The notes beneath the pieces are model-generated. The model searched no databases, had not been told where the DNA came from, and saw only the letters and a list, made by a program, of their open reading frames with translations. From NCBI RefSeq assembly GCF_009914755.1, contig NC_060926.1: a stretch of 64,000 nt of DNA; one strand, given 5' to 3'. This document shows, one piece after another, positions 1-13,575 of this stretch. The translations under genes and the position numbers were made by a program. The stretch's first letter is position 1. Each line of letters begins with the position of its first letter. Source of the DNA: the human T2T-CHM13v2.0 reference genome, Homo sapiens.

Positions 1-374
1 ACATATACCTTCTCACTATTCTATGGTACTTAGGCACCTTTTGTTTTATGCCAATATTTGCAACATTATTTTTATTATAGCAAATGAATAAAATAATTCT
101 AGTTTTGACTTCCTTCTTTTGTTAAGAATTATGAATTATTGCTCTGCCACTATACAACATTGCCACACCTTTTGTCTTTGTTGTCCTCTTTTAAGTTCTA
201 CAAATCTTAAGGGAATGTTAGAATTGTCACTATTCTTTAACGTGCATAAGATATATGTAGTTCTAGCTGCATGGAGTGTACTATGTAAGATCTCTATGTA
301 GTGCAGCTAGCATCTAGCACTGGACTGCTTGTTTGGAAAGGTCTATTTATTACCTTGCTGGACACCAGCAAGTC

Positions 375-750
375 GCTTGTAGATTCTGAAAGCAGACTCA
401 GATGGAGTTTAGTTGTAGGAAGGAAAGGAAAAGGAGAGGAAAGATTACATGGGAGTAGTAGAGCTGTGATACAGGACACAGTGCATCTTGGCTTTCTCCA
501 TAGTCAGCTGGGAACTGCTGGAGCAAAAACAACTCATCAGTGTTATGCCACACTAGGCCAAAGTGATCAGGCCTTTATAACCTGGCATCAATCGACCATT
601 AGATGTGGATCACCCTTGGGCAAGGTGATCATATTTTCCACTGCTATGGCAATCCCTAGAGGGGCTGACGAAGCTTCCAGTAGTTTAGGTAACAAGCAAT
701 TCTTTCAAGCCAGAATCTGTGCAGTACATTTCTGTGTCCATCCATCACAG
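375..750 (-). mobile_element. Old ERVL-class solo LTR remnant (LTR16/LTR40/LTR41-like)
   Basis: AAGCAGACTCAGATGGAGTTTAG...GGAAAGGAAAAGGAGAGGAAGATT...GAGCTGTGATACAG resembles the reverse-oriented end of old ERVL LTRs; boundaries and family uncertain. Confidence 0.4.
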
Positions 751-3162
751 CAACACTATTCTAAGTATAGGCATACATATTATGGCATCATTAATCTATT
801 GGTGGGGAGGAGATGTAGAGGGAGGAGAGGTGGGTGGAATAAAACATATGCAAATGAAAACATAGCTAAGGTTTTTAGACTAAGATAAAGTATGTGTCTT
901 TGTATCCTCATGATTTGTATTTCAAATTCTTAAACAGATGATGATAAATGAATGATTTTGCTTGAGAATTATCCTTATTTCAATCTAGTATACTTTTTAT
1001 AATCTGATGAAAAATCAGTTGAAATTAATCCAAGAAACATGGTGTTTACAAGGATGACCAGTAGTTCAATAATCTTATTTCTCAATCAATAAAGAATTGT
1101 TGACCTAGATAATTATGAGAACACCATGACCCTAAAGCTAGAGCTATAAAATGTGTCAATAATACAGAAGTTAAAGGCGGTGGAAGTCAAGAATTAAAAG
1201 GCCAGTGAAAGATAAATTATATTAATAAAACTATAAGCATAGATTGTGGATATTCAGTCAATATAAAATATTTAAATGTATGTATCAATGTACCTTTTTG
1301 AAGAGAGTTAAGTCAGATGGGTAAATAATGTGTACCAATCATCATTTCTAATATTTTAGGCAGTAGAATTCAGACTTGCCTCTGAGGAAATACTTTAGAC
1401 ACTCATCTTGTATATTTCACTAAAGCAAATTATAGCCTTAGATTTTCACTCTGAGTTCTTTTTGAAAACAGTGTGTTTCATGGGAGAAAAAAGAAATCTA
1501 GATGTGTTCAGAGACAAAGCCAGAAGATGAAAACAAAATCTGACAGAAAGGCAAGCCACATCCTTCCTTCACAGGCACTGCATGACCCCTGATGCCACCA
1601 GCATCAGTGAAGTCCACTCTGCAGTCCTTTCTCAGGCAAGGCTCCTAAGACCTTCTCCAATGGAAGCTTGAGGAGTGTGCCCACTGCTATCAGGAAGCCT
1701 GAAGCATTCTTTGTGCAATCTGAAGAAAACTAAGTCTAATTATGTAGTCAAATGTTTTGGTTAAATGCCCTACTCTTCGTTCTAATTATCACCTATCCCA
1801 AAGGCTAGAGCTTCACTTTACAAAAAACAGAAAGAACAAGGTTAACTTTCCCTCCCAAACCTCTTCACAGATGAGAAAACACACAGCTGGAATCCTCCAC
1901 ACACTTAACTGCAGTATTTATCAACATAATTTGCTGTTTATCTAAATAGAAATTCACACAAAACTAACAAACACCCTTGAGAAAAAAAAAATGTAGTCAC
2001 TAAAATTGAGATGCTTTGTATGCTAGAAGTTTGAGTTAATGGACTTGAGCTACCAAAAAAGAAATTGTTAGCGAATCTCAAATTGGTTGGAGATTAAATT
2101 AGGAAAAAAATTTTTTTAACTTGAAAAGCTATTTAATACCTAATTCAATTATTTCTTATGCATTTTGATACAGATTAAGGTAGTAACACCTAATGGCTGA
2201 CTCTCACATACTAATAAACATTACCATTTCTGTAAATACATCCAAGGGCAGGGCGTACTTTTACTTCCAACCTTAAGCTCAGTAGCAGCTAAAATGCTTT
2301 CCTGGATTGTTATGATCTCCAGTTCTTAAAAGCAGTTACTTGACCCCCAACATGATTTTCATGAAGCTTACCTTATATTCTAACAAGTCCAGAAGCAAGT
2401 AGTTTTCTTATTTGAGTAGATTCCTCACTCATCTTCACTTTTATTTTTATTTGTTACAATAAATTTGCAATTTTCAGTTGGTTAAAATGCATGTTTTTGT
2501 GAGATATTCCCTGATGCTCCTCTTTATGGGTCCTTATGGTATCTCTTGTCCCAATGTGCTGTAAGCTTTGTTAAATTTTTACCTTTTCTGAAATTAGATA
2601 ATTATATGCCTGTGCTATATTTTGTATGTAATTATACACTATTAATATCCATTATCTTACCCAAGATCCTATCTTTTCTCGAGAATTGTACAAATCTGGT
2701 TTTCTCATCAGCTTTCAGTTATATGCTTTCATGTGCTTGCTAAATAGAGTAATTTTAATGTCCTTCTATCTCCACCAACTCATTTGGAATTACTGTCAGA
2801 TTTTTTCATGTCATAAGTGTTAGTGGTAATAATTCATACATATTCTTTCTATCTTTCAACTTTCATACCTCAATCTATTTTGCTATAATTAACTTTGATT
2901 GGCAAGATCATAATTTAAAGCAGAGAAAAATAGCATATGTAAAGTGGAGAGGTCCAGCAGAATGGGAAAGCCATGCAGACACAGGTACTTAGCAGTGAGC
3001 CAGAAGTCCTGTGAGATGGTAGTGCATGGTATCCAGTGTATGGTGACAGAAAATAAACACAAACCTATGCAGGCATTAGCAAAAAACCAGCTAGGGTTTT
3101 GGAAGTGACAAAGTATAAAAATAGTATGAGGCTACAGAGAAGCTGATAAAAATGCAAAGGAT

Positions 3163-4148
3163 GGTGCATAGTGATTTCCTTCTAAAGAGTACAGCATGAA
3201 ATGGGGGAGCATAATTTTACAGTGAAGAAACTGGCAAACACTAGCTCATCCAAGTAATGAAGGTCAACATCAAGAGGGATAAGTCATGTTGATTGCACAT
3301 ACAATTGATGTGATTTGATGAGAACGGCATGTGGTTGTATTCATCCGTTTGTGCTGCTATGGCAAAATATCATAGATTGAGTAATTTACAAAGAACAGAA
3401 ATTACTTTTTTTTCTGGAGCCGGGGAAGTCTAAGATCAAGGCATTGGCAGGTTCAGTTGTCTGCTGAGGGCTTCTGCTTCCAAATTGGTACCTTGATGAT
3501 CCTCCAGAGGGGAAGAACAGTTTCTTCACATGACAGAAGGTACAGAAAGGTTGAAGAAGGGCTAAATCTAGATGAAGCCTCTTTTATAAGGGCTTTAATT
3601 CCATTTATGAAGGGAGGAGCCATCATGGCCTAATCAACTCTTAAAGGCCTCACCTTTTAATACTATCGGCCATTAAATTTTAACACGTGAATTTTGGTGG
3701 GGACACATTTAAAACAGAGCAGTGGCCTTCCTCTTAACCCTTGTCTAACCATGAGAAAAAATGAGACAACCTAAATTTAAAAATATTCTACAACATACAT
3801 GACCAATATATTCCTCCAAACTTCCAAGGTCATCACAAAGTAAGAATTATTAAAACCACATAAATTCTTAGAAACAATTACAATCTAAAGGAACCTAAAA
3901 AGACATGAAGACCAAATGCTACATAGCATCCTCAATGAAATTCTGGAACAGAAAAAGGATGTTAGCCAAAAACTAAGACAATATGAATAAAGTATGAGCA
4001 TTACTTAATAATAATGTATCAATATTTCTTTAATAGTTGTAATAAAGGTATGAAAAGAAACTGAGTACAGGTATATAAGAATGCTATACTATTCTTGTAA
4101 CTTTTCTGTAGATCTAAAATTATTCTAATCTAATAAGTTTATTAAAAA
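3163..4148 (+). mobile_element. Ancient L1 (L1MC/L1MD-type) 3' UTR, split by an MST LTR
   Basis: AGTGATTTCCTTCTAAAGAGTACAGCATG...GATAAGTCATGTTGAT and CTGGAACAGAAAAAGGATGTTAG...TCTGTAGATCTAAAA match the recalled L1MC/MD 3' end; the sequence resumes after 3721. Confidence 0.7.
3336..3721 (-). mobile_element. MaLR solo LTR (MSTD/MLT1A-like)
   Basis: TGTATTCATCCGTTTGTGCTGCTAT...AAGTCTAAGATCAAGGC...GGGGACACATTTAAAACAGAGCA; TG...CA ends; 5-bp TSD GTGGT/GTGGC. Confidence 0.8.
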
Positions 4149-4282
4149 TTATATGAAGTAGAAATAATGCAAAGAAATTAGGGAAGATATTCAGGCAGCC
4201 ATCAAAGAGATGAAGCCATAGAATAAAGATAAAAACTTTGGGATGGATGCCAGGGGAACTGGCAAAAACTCACGGTTTTGGT

Positions 4283-4495
4283 CAGGGATTAGGAAGCGTT
4301 TTCTGTAAAGGGCCAGTGAGTATTTTTAGCTTTGCAGGTCACGTAGTCACTATAAATACTCAATTCTGCCATTGTAAGATAATAGTAGCCACAGACACTC
4401 CATAAACAAATGAACATGACTGTTTAATAAAATTTTCTTTACAAAAACAAGTGATGGTCTAGATTTTGTCTCTGGATTGGGGTTTATCACCCCTA
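4283..4495. mobile_element. MER58A-like hAT-Charlie DNA transposon
   Basis: CAGGG...TTTTCTGTAAAGGGCCAG...ACTCAATTCTGCCATTGT...ACAAAAACAAGTG...ACCCCT; ~210 bp. Confidence 0.75.
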
Positions 4496-5886
4496 GTCTA
4501 CTAAATCTACTGTAATGAAAATCCAGGGAATTAAGACAGAAACAGGGAAACTAGGACAGGCATTCAGTCATTAGAAATGGAATTTAAAACAGGGATTCAT
4601 TAAAAGGGCACATGGTCCTAATTGCCTGAGGAGTGGTACAAATCAGAGAGATTTATTGTGAGTTGTCAGAGTTATTGGATATGACTCTTTAAATTCCCTT
4701 GACTGAGACTATGATCTCCTCTAGAGGATGTACTAAGAAGACAGGCACAGAGTCTGGAGCCATTTTCTCTGACCACTACCTAGAAAGCAGATTGTTCTGT
4801 ATTGTTGATCAAGCTCAATCAGTGTTCAACCACATTAATAAAATGCCTTTTTTCCCCCTACCAAATCCTTGTAGGAAATGTGCTCTGCTTATTGCTCAGG
4901 AATCACAAATAAATTCTTTGCTGAATCATAGGAGGCAGACAACTGTTTGCCTTTTTTGCTGCCAGAAATTAAGAATCTAAGAAAAGGCTAGTGCTTCCTC
5001 AAAGATTCAATTAATCTGTTGCCTATTTTGTCTACAGATGAAGACACGGGGGTATTGATAATGTGGTATACACATGGACTGAACTAAACTTCATTCAATA
5101 TAGGCTTCACCCTATATGTCAGGCTCTGATTGGGCTACCCCTCATTCATTCTCATAAATCACACAAAGCTTCTCAGAAGCACAATATGTGACCAGAGGAA
5201 AGTCAAGAACTGTGGGCCCACTTTTGAGCCTTCTGAGGGCCAAAACCTTCCATCATCTCAAACACTATTTGACTTGAAGCACTACGCTAGGAACTACCTG
5301 TAAAAATGGGCATTCCGTTAGAAGTGGGTGATGCAGAAATTTACCTTTGCCAGTTAACACATTGGCAAGAAGTTCTCTGCCAGCTTAGTTTCAATCCAAC
5401 TCTTAGTATTGACAAGATGAAATACCAATAATCAGAGGTATATGAAGAAAATTGCTTAAAATTGCGATATAGTAGAACAGAAACCCTGAATAGTCAGGTA
5501 TTCAGAAGTGACCTCTAGGGCACAGAGAGGTGAAAGGTGGGTGCTTAAAACATAAGAGAAATGCCAGCTGAAGACAAATTGGTACCTACTCATGCCTGGA
5601 TGTGACACAGACCCTTTGTAATCTAGATGGCAGTTTCTGATCACATGAGCATCAATCCCCTTGTCTCACTCATATCTGTTAGATGAGGTTAAATACTACT
5701 TGAAATCCTTAAAATGTTTTATAGATCAACTGTTTTCTCCACAACTCTTACAGCTTTATTAGTATATTTTATTGTATTTCCCTTTTATTTCCATTTTCCA
5801 AGTAATGGAAATACTGTTGACCTACAAAATATGATTGACCTATGAAATATACATCATATTGGTACTTTTGAGACAGCTTAACTTAC

Positions 5887-6277
<391 letters not shown>

Positions 6278-7689
6278 TAATCTAAAAGAACAACAGACAT
6301 CAACATTCTTACTACATTTCTTAAAAGTTTGACATATTTTTAGGCCAAGGTGAAAAGAATTGAATGAGACCTGACAAAGATCAGATACTGTTATTTCAAG
6401 GAAATAAAACAAATTGACTGAAGGTCAACATGCCATCAAAATCCAAACTGTTAATAATTCAGGACTGAACCTACATTTTAAGACCTATTAGTCTGCTTAT
6501 TTTACCAAACAATTTAAAAAATGTATGCCAATGCTATACTCTTCATTTCCCTTTTTTGTTGTGTTATGCTTACCTTTAAGGGTATTTTCAGGCTTCTTTC
6601 ATCACTATATCTGCAAAAACAGACAGTTGTTCTTATAACACATTGCAAGACTATACCATAAAGGAGGCATACCTATGTGGTTTACAATCACTAACTTTTT
6701 TTTTTTTATTCCTCAGATGTCCTAAGGTTAAAATGGGAAAAGCTTTTGTTGGCAGAAGGGTGGAGGTCTCAAAATAAAATGTGTCTAGTAGAAGAAGAGA
6801 AGGCTACTAAATCCCAGAAAATGTCAGGAAGTGGGTCATAGCACTTGCAGTAAGGTCAGCAATCTCCCAGGGTGCCTACAAAACACTGGTAGAAACTTTC
6901 TTTTAAAAAAGTCCTAAATTAGAGCTGTGGCTGTGTTGTGAGAATTTTTATATCTATCCCTAAATATCATTGGGCAGAATTAGGGGGTGTGGGTTCTAAT
7001 TACGGTTTAACTTCTAAGAAACTGAATGTCCTTGCATAAAGCAACTTACAACTTCTGGAATTCATTTTCTTCATTGTTAAATTTAAAAGTTTGAACTATA
7101 TCAGTGATTTCCAACCTGACAGCATACCTGTATTGTTTAATAGTATATAAGGTTGTGAGTAACAGAAATCAGATAACTTCAGCAAAAAAATAGGTTTTAC
7201 TAGGTGATTCGATTTGATCACAGCATTAATGGAAGCTACACAACCAAACTGCAGGAGACGCATGGATAAGAGAAGCTCTGAAATTCTTACTAGCTGGAGT
7301 TTGTAGATATTTTTTTCCCTGTCACTGCAAAGAGGATGACAGCCTCAGGGATCTTTGGTCTTTGGTTCACTCTATTCAGACACAAAATTCTAGAGAAAGC
7401 ATCTACGTGGGTTCCAGTGAGTCAAAAGTCTACCATTATGTGATACAGCTGTGACCAAGGGTACAGAATCATGCAGCACAGATATAGCCTTTGGAGATCC
7501 ACCTCTGTGCAAATGCAAAGAAACTATTATTCCCTACACCCAAAGATGCCTGAACTAATATGATTCTGGTATGATCCTTCTATTTTCATAATACTGTCAT
7601 AAAGTCACTCACATTCTGTCCAATAGGAGACAACACATTTTTTATTCCCAGTTCCCGCATTCAAATTTTATGTTACATGGTCTGTGTTG

Positions 7690-8200
7690 TCATGTACATT
7701 GTTGATGGTCTACTTAGTATTTGCCTCCCTTTCACCCTTTTAAACATCACCCCAATTTTCATTCTTATATTTTAACTCTTTCTTCACAAACACATATACT
7801 TCACAAATGACCATCACAGCTTCAAATGTTTATGTGCAATAAATCTCCCTTGTCAGATATTGTTTAGAATAAATCCTATACCTTAATTCTGACTAGTGAG
7901 TTTTGAGAGAAACAACTTTAGATATTTCTTGGGAAAAAATTCTGGCTTTTCAGAGAGATAGGAAGTAAGTAATTGTCTCTTTTACTGTGGGTGTTTTGTG
8001 CCCAGCTTCATTGTCTATTCTGCCCAGGGCATTGGCTTCCACCCGAGTAGCAAGCCGATGTAGAGAGAAGAAATGAGAAAAAATCCGAGGAAAATGAAGG
8101 AAAGCCTGCTCTACTTCTGAACTTTCAGGTGTGTGACTGACTAAAAATAGTTTGAGTTTAGTTTGATTTTACTTGCAGCCTAAGGGACTCTTAATTTCTT
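7690..8200 (+). mobile_element. Old MLT1-type MaLR LTR (MLT1J/K/L-like), decayed
   Basis: Start CTACTTAGTATTTGCCTCCC...ACCCCAATTTT and end TTTTACTTGCAGCCTAAGG resemble MLT1 LTR termini. Confidence 0.45.
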
Positions 8201-10385
8201 CTCTAATTTCTAACTCAAAATATCTTGGTGATGCTTAATCTTCCTCTCTATATGTGTTGATCATATCTCAGTTTTCTATGTTCATTAGAGAAAAATAGTA
8301 GTTTTCCCATTATAAATACATCCTATGTATGTTAGAGGGGTGAAAGAAACATGTATATTAAAACACATAATACATTTATTATGGAAGTTATGAAATTATA
8401 GAGAGACCAGTGAGTGCCCTTGGATTTGCAACTGGAATATAGTCATAAATTACTACTTCCCCTACCCCTTCTATATTCTACCTGAATTCACTATGCTCCT
8501 TTACTCATATGGAGGAGCAAGGACAATACTTAATCTTAATAAAAGAAAGCCTTGACCATTGTGATGGCAGAATAGAAGGCAGCCAACAAGAACCATTTCT
8601 TTTTCCCGAATATTCCTAAATACCCATCATATTTGCCCTGGAAGGTCAAATCCAATAATTTAAAAAAATTCCTTTTTCAGAATTTTCCCATTAACATTAA
8701 GAGTTTCATAAAGACGGATTATGTTTTTAGCTTACGGTTTAATGAAACCATGATTAGGGGCCTATTCCCTTGCAATAAGCCCTCTATACAACCCAGAGAA
8801 GTCAAAATTTTCAAAGTGGCCTATTAGCTATAATCCTGACAGACATGTTTAACTCCTCTACCATTACTCCTTTGTTCATGGCACTGGGTTTATTTGTATG
8901 GGATAGTGACAGATTATCTCTGTGGGAGAAACAGCATCTTACCATTGAGCTGTGCTGTCCCCCAGCTTTCAACGGACTTTGCTATTGTTTAGGGAAACAG
9001 TCACTTATAGCTGATTGATAGAAAATAAGGCCAGTGAATTTCACAAACAGCCCCCTGTTTACTTCTTTTACTTTCAATTGGTTTCTTGGTTGGATGCAGA
9101 GTACAAAGCATTGAGTAATTTCATGGATGAATGATATTGACAGCAGCAGGGAAAGTAACTTCAAATCTAGATTAAGTGTCTATTTGGTGCGGACAAATCT
9201 TTTCCCCCTTCATGATAGAAGGGGTCACATGTAATCAACCTACTACCAGAGAGCTGGCTGGTTCACTAATGCATGGTGTCATATAATGGATTTGGAGTTG
9301 GTCTCAGCAAGAGGTATAGCCAGGCCAAACCTTGTAAGGGAAATTTTCATATGGTTAAATGCATGAATCTGTCCCATGTCTTCCCTTTAACTACTTTGTT
9401 TCTTGAGCTTATTGTATGAACCCTGGCTTGGAGGGGAAAGGAGGCTAACGGACATCCACAGAGGCTCACTGTGTCCTTCTGATTATGGAGAGGCTGTTTT
9501 GCAATGGTGGCCTTCTGGTGCATATTCACATAGGACACACATATTTTCAGACTCTGAGCCAGCACTTTTGAAGACATCTGTTGTGAAAGATTTGCGGGGT
9601 TTTTTGTTTGTTTAAATATCTAATCTGTCACAAACCAACAATTTTCTAGAACTGCTCTAAGTCCATTCCTAGCTCTTTAGCCACATATTTTTTCACCAAA
9701 ACTTTTTGCCACAAAGCCCTCTCATATTACTATTCCTTTATTAGACATATGACCAGACTATTGGTCACTGAGAATCAGTATATATCTTGACCCGAGACCA
9801 TCTACTCGTTTGAGGCAAAGTGAAAAAAAAGGTATAGTTTTTGAACATCTGCCAGTGAGAAGATTTCTTTTCTTTGTTACCTGATAATCCCTGAGAAAAG
9901 TTTTAACACTGCTGCAAAATGGATCTGGCTGGCTCTACTGTGTTGTATGATGGCATCTTTAAATCAGGCTCCAGTTTTTCATCTTCATCAACTGGTCATT
10001 ATACTATAAAGTCATTATATAATGAGTGAAGATGCACCATAGCTGTATATGTGTAACTTTTTATGACTTCAGGTTCTGTTTGGAACTAGTTTCTGATGAA
10101 ATGCTGTTGGATGTGTTTAGCTAGAAATATTGGAAAACTTCTGGTCTGTGTTGCCATTAAAGTCCAGTGGTTATATGCTTTGCTATGATCAGGAACTCTT
10201 TCTCAAAAAAACAATGGTTTCACTCTAAATGGATCCTGACCTAACAGTCCTCTGTTCCACTACTCTTACACATGGTTGCATCAGGTACCACATATCACTT
10301 CAGTCTGCTGCAGATATATTGAACAATAACTTCTTAATAAGGGCGTTGGGGTGGAAGCACCAGATTGTTAGCCCATCTCAAGTGT

Positions 10386-10969
10386 TGTATTAGTTACCTG
10401 TTTCTGTATTAAAGAAAAATTACCCTGAAAACTTAGTGATTTGAAACAAATATTTATTATTTTACAGGTTTTGTGGATCAGGAATCTGGGCACAGCTTAA
10501 CTGAGTCCTCTGGTTCAATTTCCTGCATAGGGCTGAATTTAAATGTTGGCCAAGGCTGATGTCTTATTTGAAGGCTTGAATGGGGAGGAGAGGTGGAATC
10601 TGCTTCCAAGCTCATTCATGTGGCTCTTGGCAACATTCAGTTCCTTGAAGGCTACTGGACTGAGGGTCTCAGTTCTTTTTCTCAATGTTGGCCGGGGACC
10701 TCCCTTACTTCTTTGACGTGTGAACATTTTCATGCCACAGTTCATAACATTATGAACTGTTGGCTTCATCAGAGTGAGCAGTTGAGAAAGGATAAAGGAA
10801 GCCAAAATGTTGTATTTTAACTTGATTGTAGAAGTGAAATCTCTTTAATTTCACCATATTCTATTTGCTGAATACTAGTAGGTCCAGTTCATACTCAAGG
10901 GAATGGAATTAAAATGGACTTAAATACAAGGAGGTAGGAAATCACTGGGAGCCATCTTAGAAGCTATCA
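10386..10969 (-). mobile_element. MLT1F-like MaLR solo LTR inserted in ERVL pol
   Basis: TGTATTAGTTACCTG...GGATCAGGAATCTGGGCACAGCTTAACTG...GCTTCCAAGCTCATTCATGTGG...GGGAGCCATCTTAGAAG. Confidence 0.8.
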
Positions 10970-11357
10970 TGGAGGGCCTCCACTCTAAGCATAAAACACT
11001 TTGTCCATCTAATTAACGGAAGAAGGGTGTTTAAACATGGTATATGTCACCTGTAAAATTGAACTAAGCACAACAGTTATTAAATATCTTTAGTTAAGTA
11101 AGTTGTAGGCTGTGTCTTCACTTTGGAGTGCATGTCTCAGATCAGCCCAGGCCAATATATTCTCAACAACTTCACTGAGGTACTAGTATTCTGTATTTGT
11201 TGTGAGATTTATCTCATGTACACCATCATCCACATATTTTTGCAAGTTTGTAGGGAACTTATTACTTGTGCTTACTAGATCCTGTCAGAATTTCATCATT
11301 CATGTAATAAACCAGTCTGTTGACTTGTTAGGCTCCAAGGGATCAAAGTCTCTAGAG

Positions 11358-11581
11358 CAGGGGTGTCCAATCTTTTGGCTTCCCTGGGCCACATTGGAAG
11401 AAGAAGAATTGTCTTTGCCCACACATAAAATACAGTAACACTAATGATAGCTGATAAGCTAAAAAAATTGGAAAATATCTCATGAGAGATATTTTAAGAG
11501 AGTTTATGAATTTGTGTTGGGTTGCATTCAAAGCCATCCTGGGCTACATGCAGCCTGCAGGCTGTGGTTTGGGCAAGCTTG
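11358..11581. mobile_element. MER30 hAT-Charlie MITE inserted in ERVL RT
   Basis: CAGGGGTGTCCAATCTTTTGGCTTCCCTGGGCCACATTGGAAGAAGAAG...GGGCAAGCTTG; 8-bp TSD CTCTAGAG/ATCTACAG (NTCTAGAN-type target). Confidence 0.9.
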
Positions 11582-12132
11582 ATCTACAGTTTAAATTGTG
11601 GCAGGAATAAAGTATCAGAGCCTTATTGGTATAGAGCTCCCATACCAGATGAGAGAGGTTGGCTTTGGATGTCCCCCTGTTCTAGAAGGGAGAGCAATAT
11701 GTTTGCTAGGTCAAATACTGTGCTTCAAGTACCAAGGCACATAAGTGGAGCAATAGTCACAATTAAGGCCACTCTCCAATTATATTTATGATAATATAAA
11801 TTGTTCTCTTAGCTCCATCAGTCTTCCTTTCAGGCTAAATTGGAAAATTCAAAATTTGCTGTTGAAGAAATAAAAAGGGTACAGCACTTTTGAAAGATTC
11901 CAACATATTCCCTTGATGTGGAAAAAGAAAGAGTCTAGTGGATTTTAACAGCATACAAGAATGAAGCAGTAGATAGGCAAAATATATGTATAGCACAGAA
12001 TTCATAAAATTCATGTCTGTTAGTGTTTTTAAATCCCTTCCTCTGCATAATGACTAGGGAATTCTTAGACCTTTAATTGTAAGCTAGCCTTGGACATTAC
12101 TGGTTCAGGTTTGTGTAGTTAATTCTGCATAG

Positions 12133-12538
<406 letters not shown>

Positions 12539-12779
12539 TATCTGCTCCAAATTTCTAATTTGCTGTTATTGATTAAACACTTTCAGATTGTCTTGAGAGT
12601 TTTCATAACCTATGAAAAAATATATACATTTTCTTATGGATTGTTATTTTCTTATGGCCAGAAAGTTCATTGTAAGATTGCAGGGGGATACCACATAAAA
12701 ATGTTTGTAGGTATGTGCCAGTTAACATACTACTAAAAAGTTTTAGCTGAATAACATACCACTAAAAAGTTTTGTGTTA

Positions 12780-13575
<796 letters not shown>

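Larger units (their letters stand above)
8870..11835 (-). pseudogene. Decayed ERVL-class (HERVL/ERVL-E/HERV16-like) pol: RT, RNase H, integrase
   Basis: Minus-strand translations match ERVL Pol: KTDGAKRT..FDLANILLSL (~11690-11830; cf. KTDGSWRM..IDLANAFFSI), LVYYMNDEILTGS (~11280-11315; cf. LVHYIDDIMLIGP), STSVKLLRIYW..DMHSKVK, AQSLKICVSYVNMHQKAT..HNQKD (ORF 9347-9577; cf. KIFVSHVNAHQRVT..NNQVD), NQPALW**VDYM*PLLS (~9210-9265; cf. DQPATWWQVDYIGPLPS). Many stops and frameshifts. Confidence 0.85.

Noticed and set aside
301-888. 195-aa ORF as a gene
   Set aside because: GTG start, no recognisable domain, and it overlaps a decayed LTR-like sequence; most likely a chance open frame.
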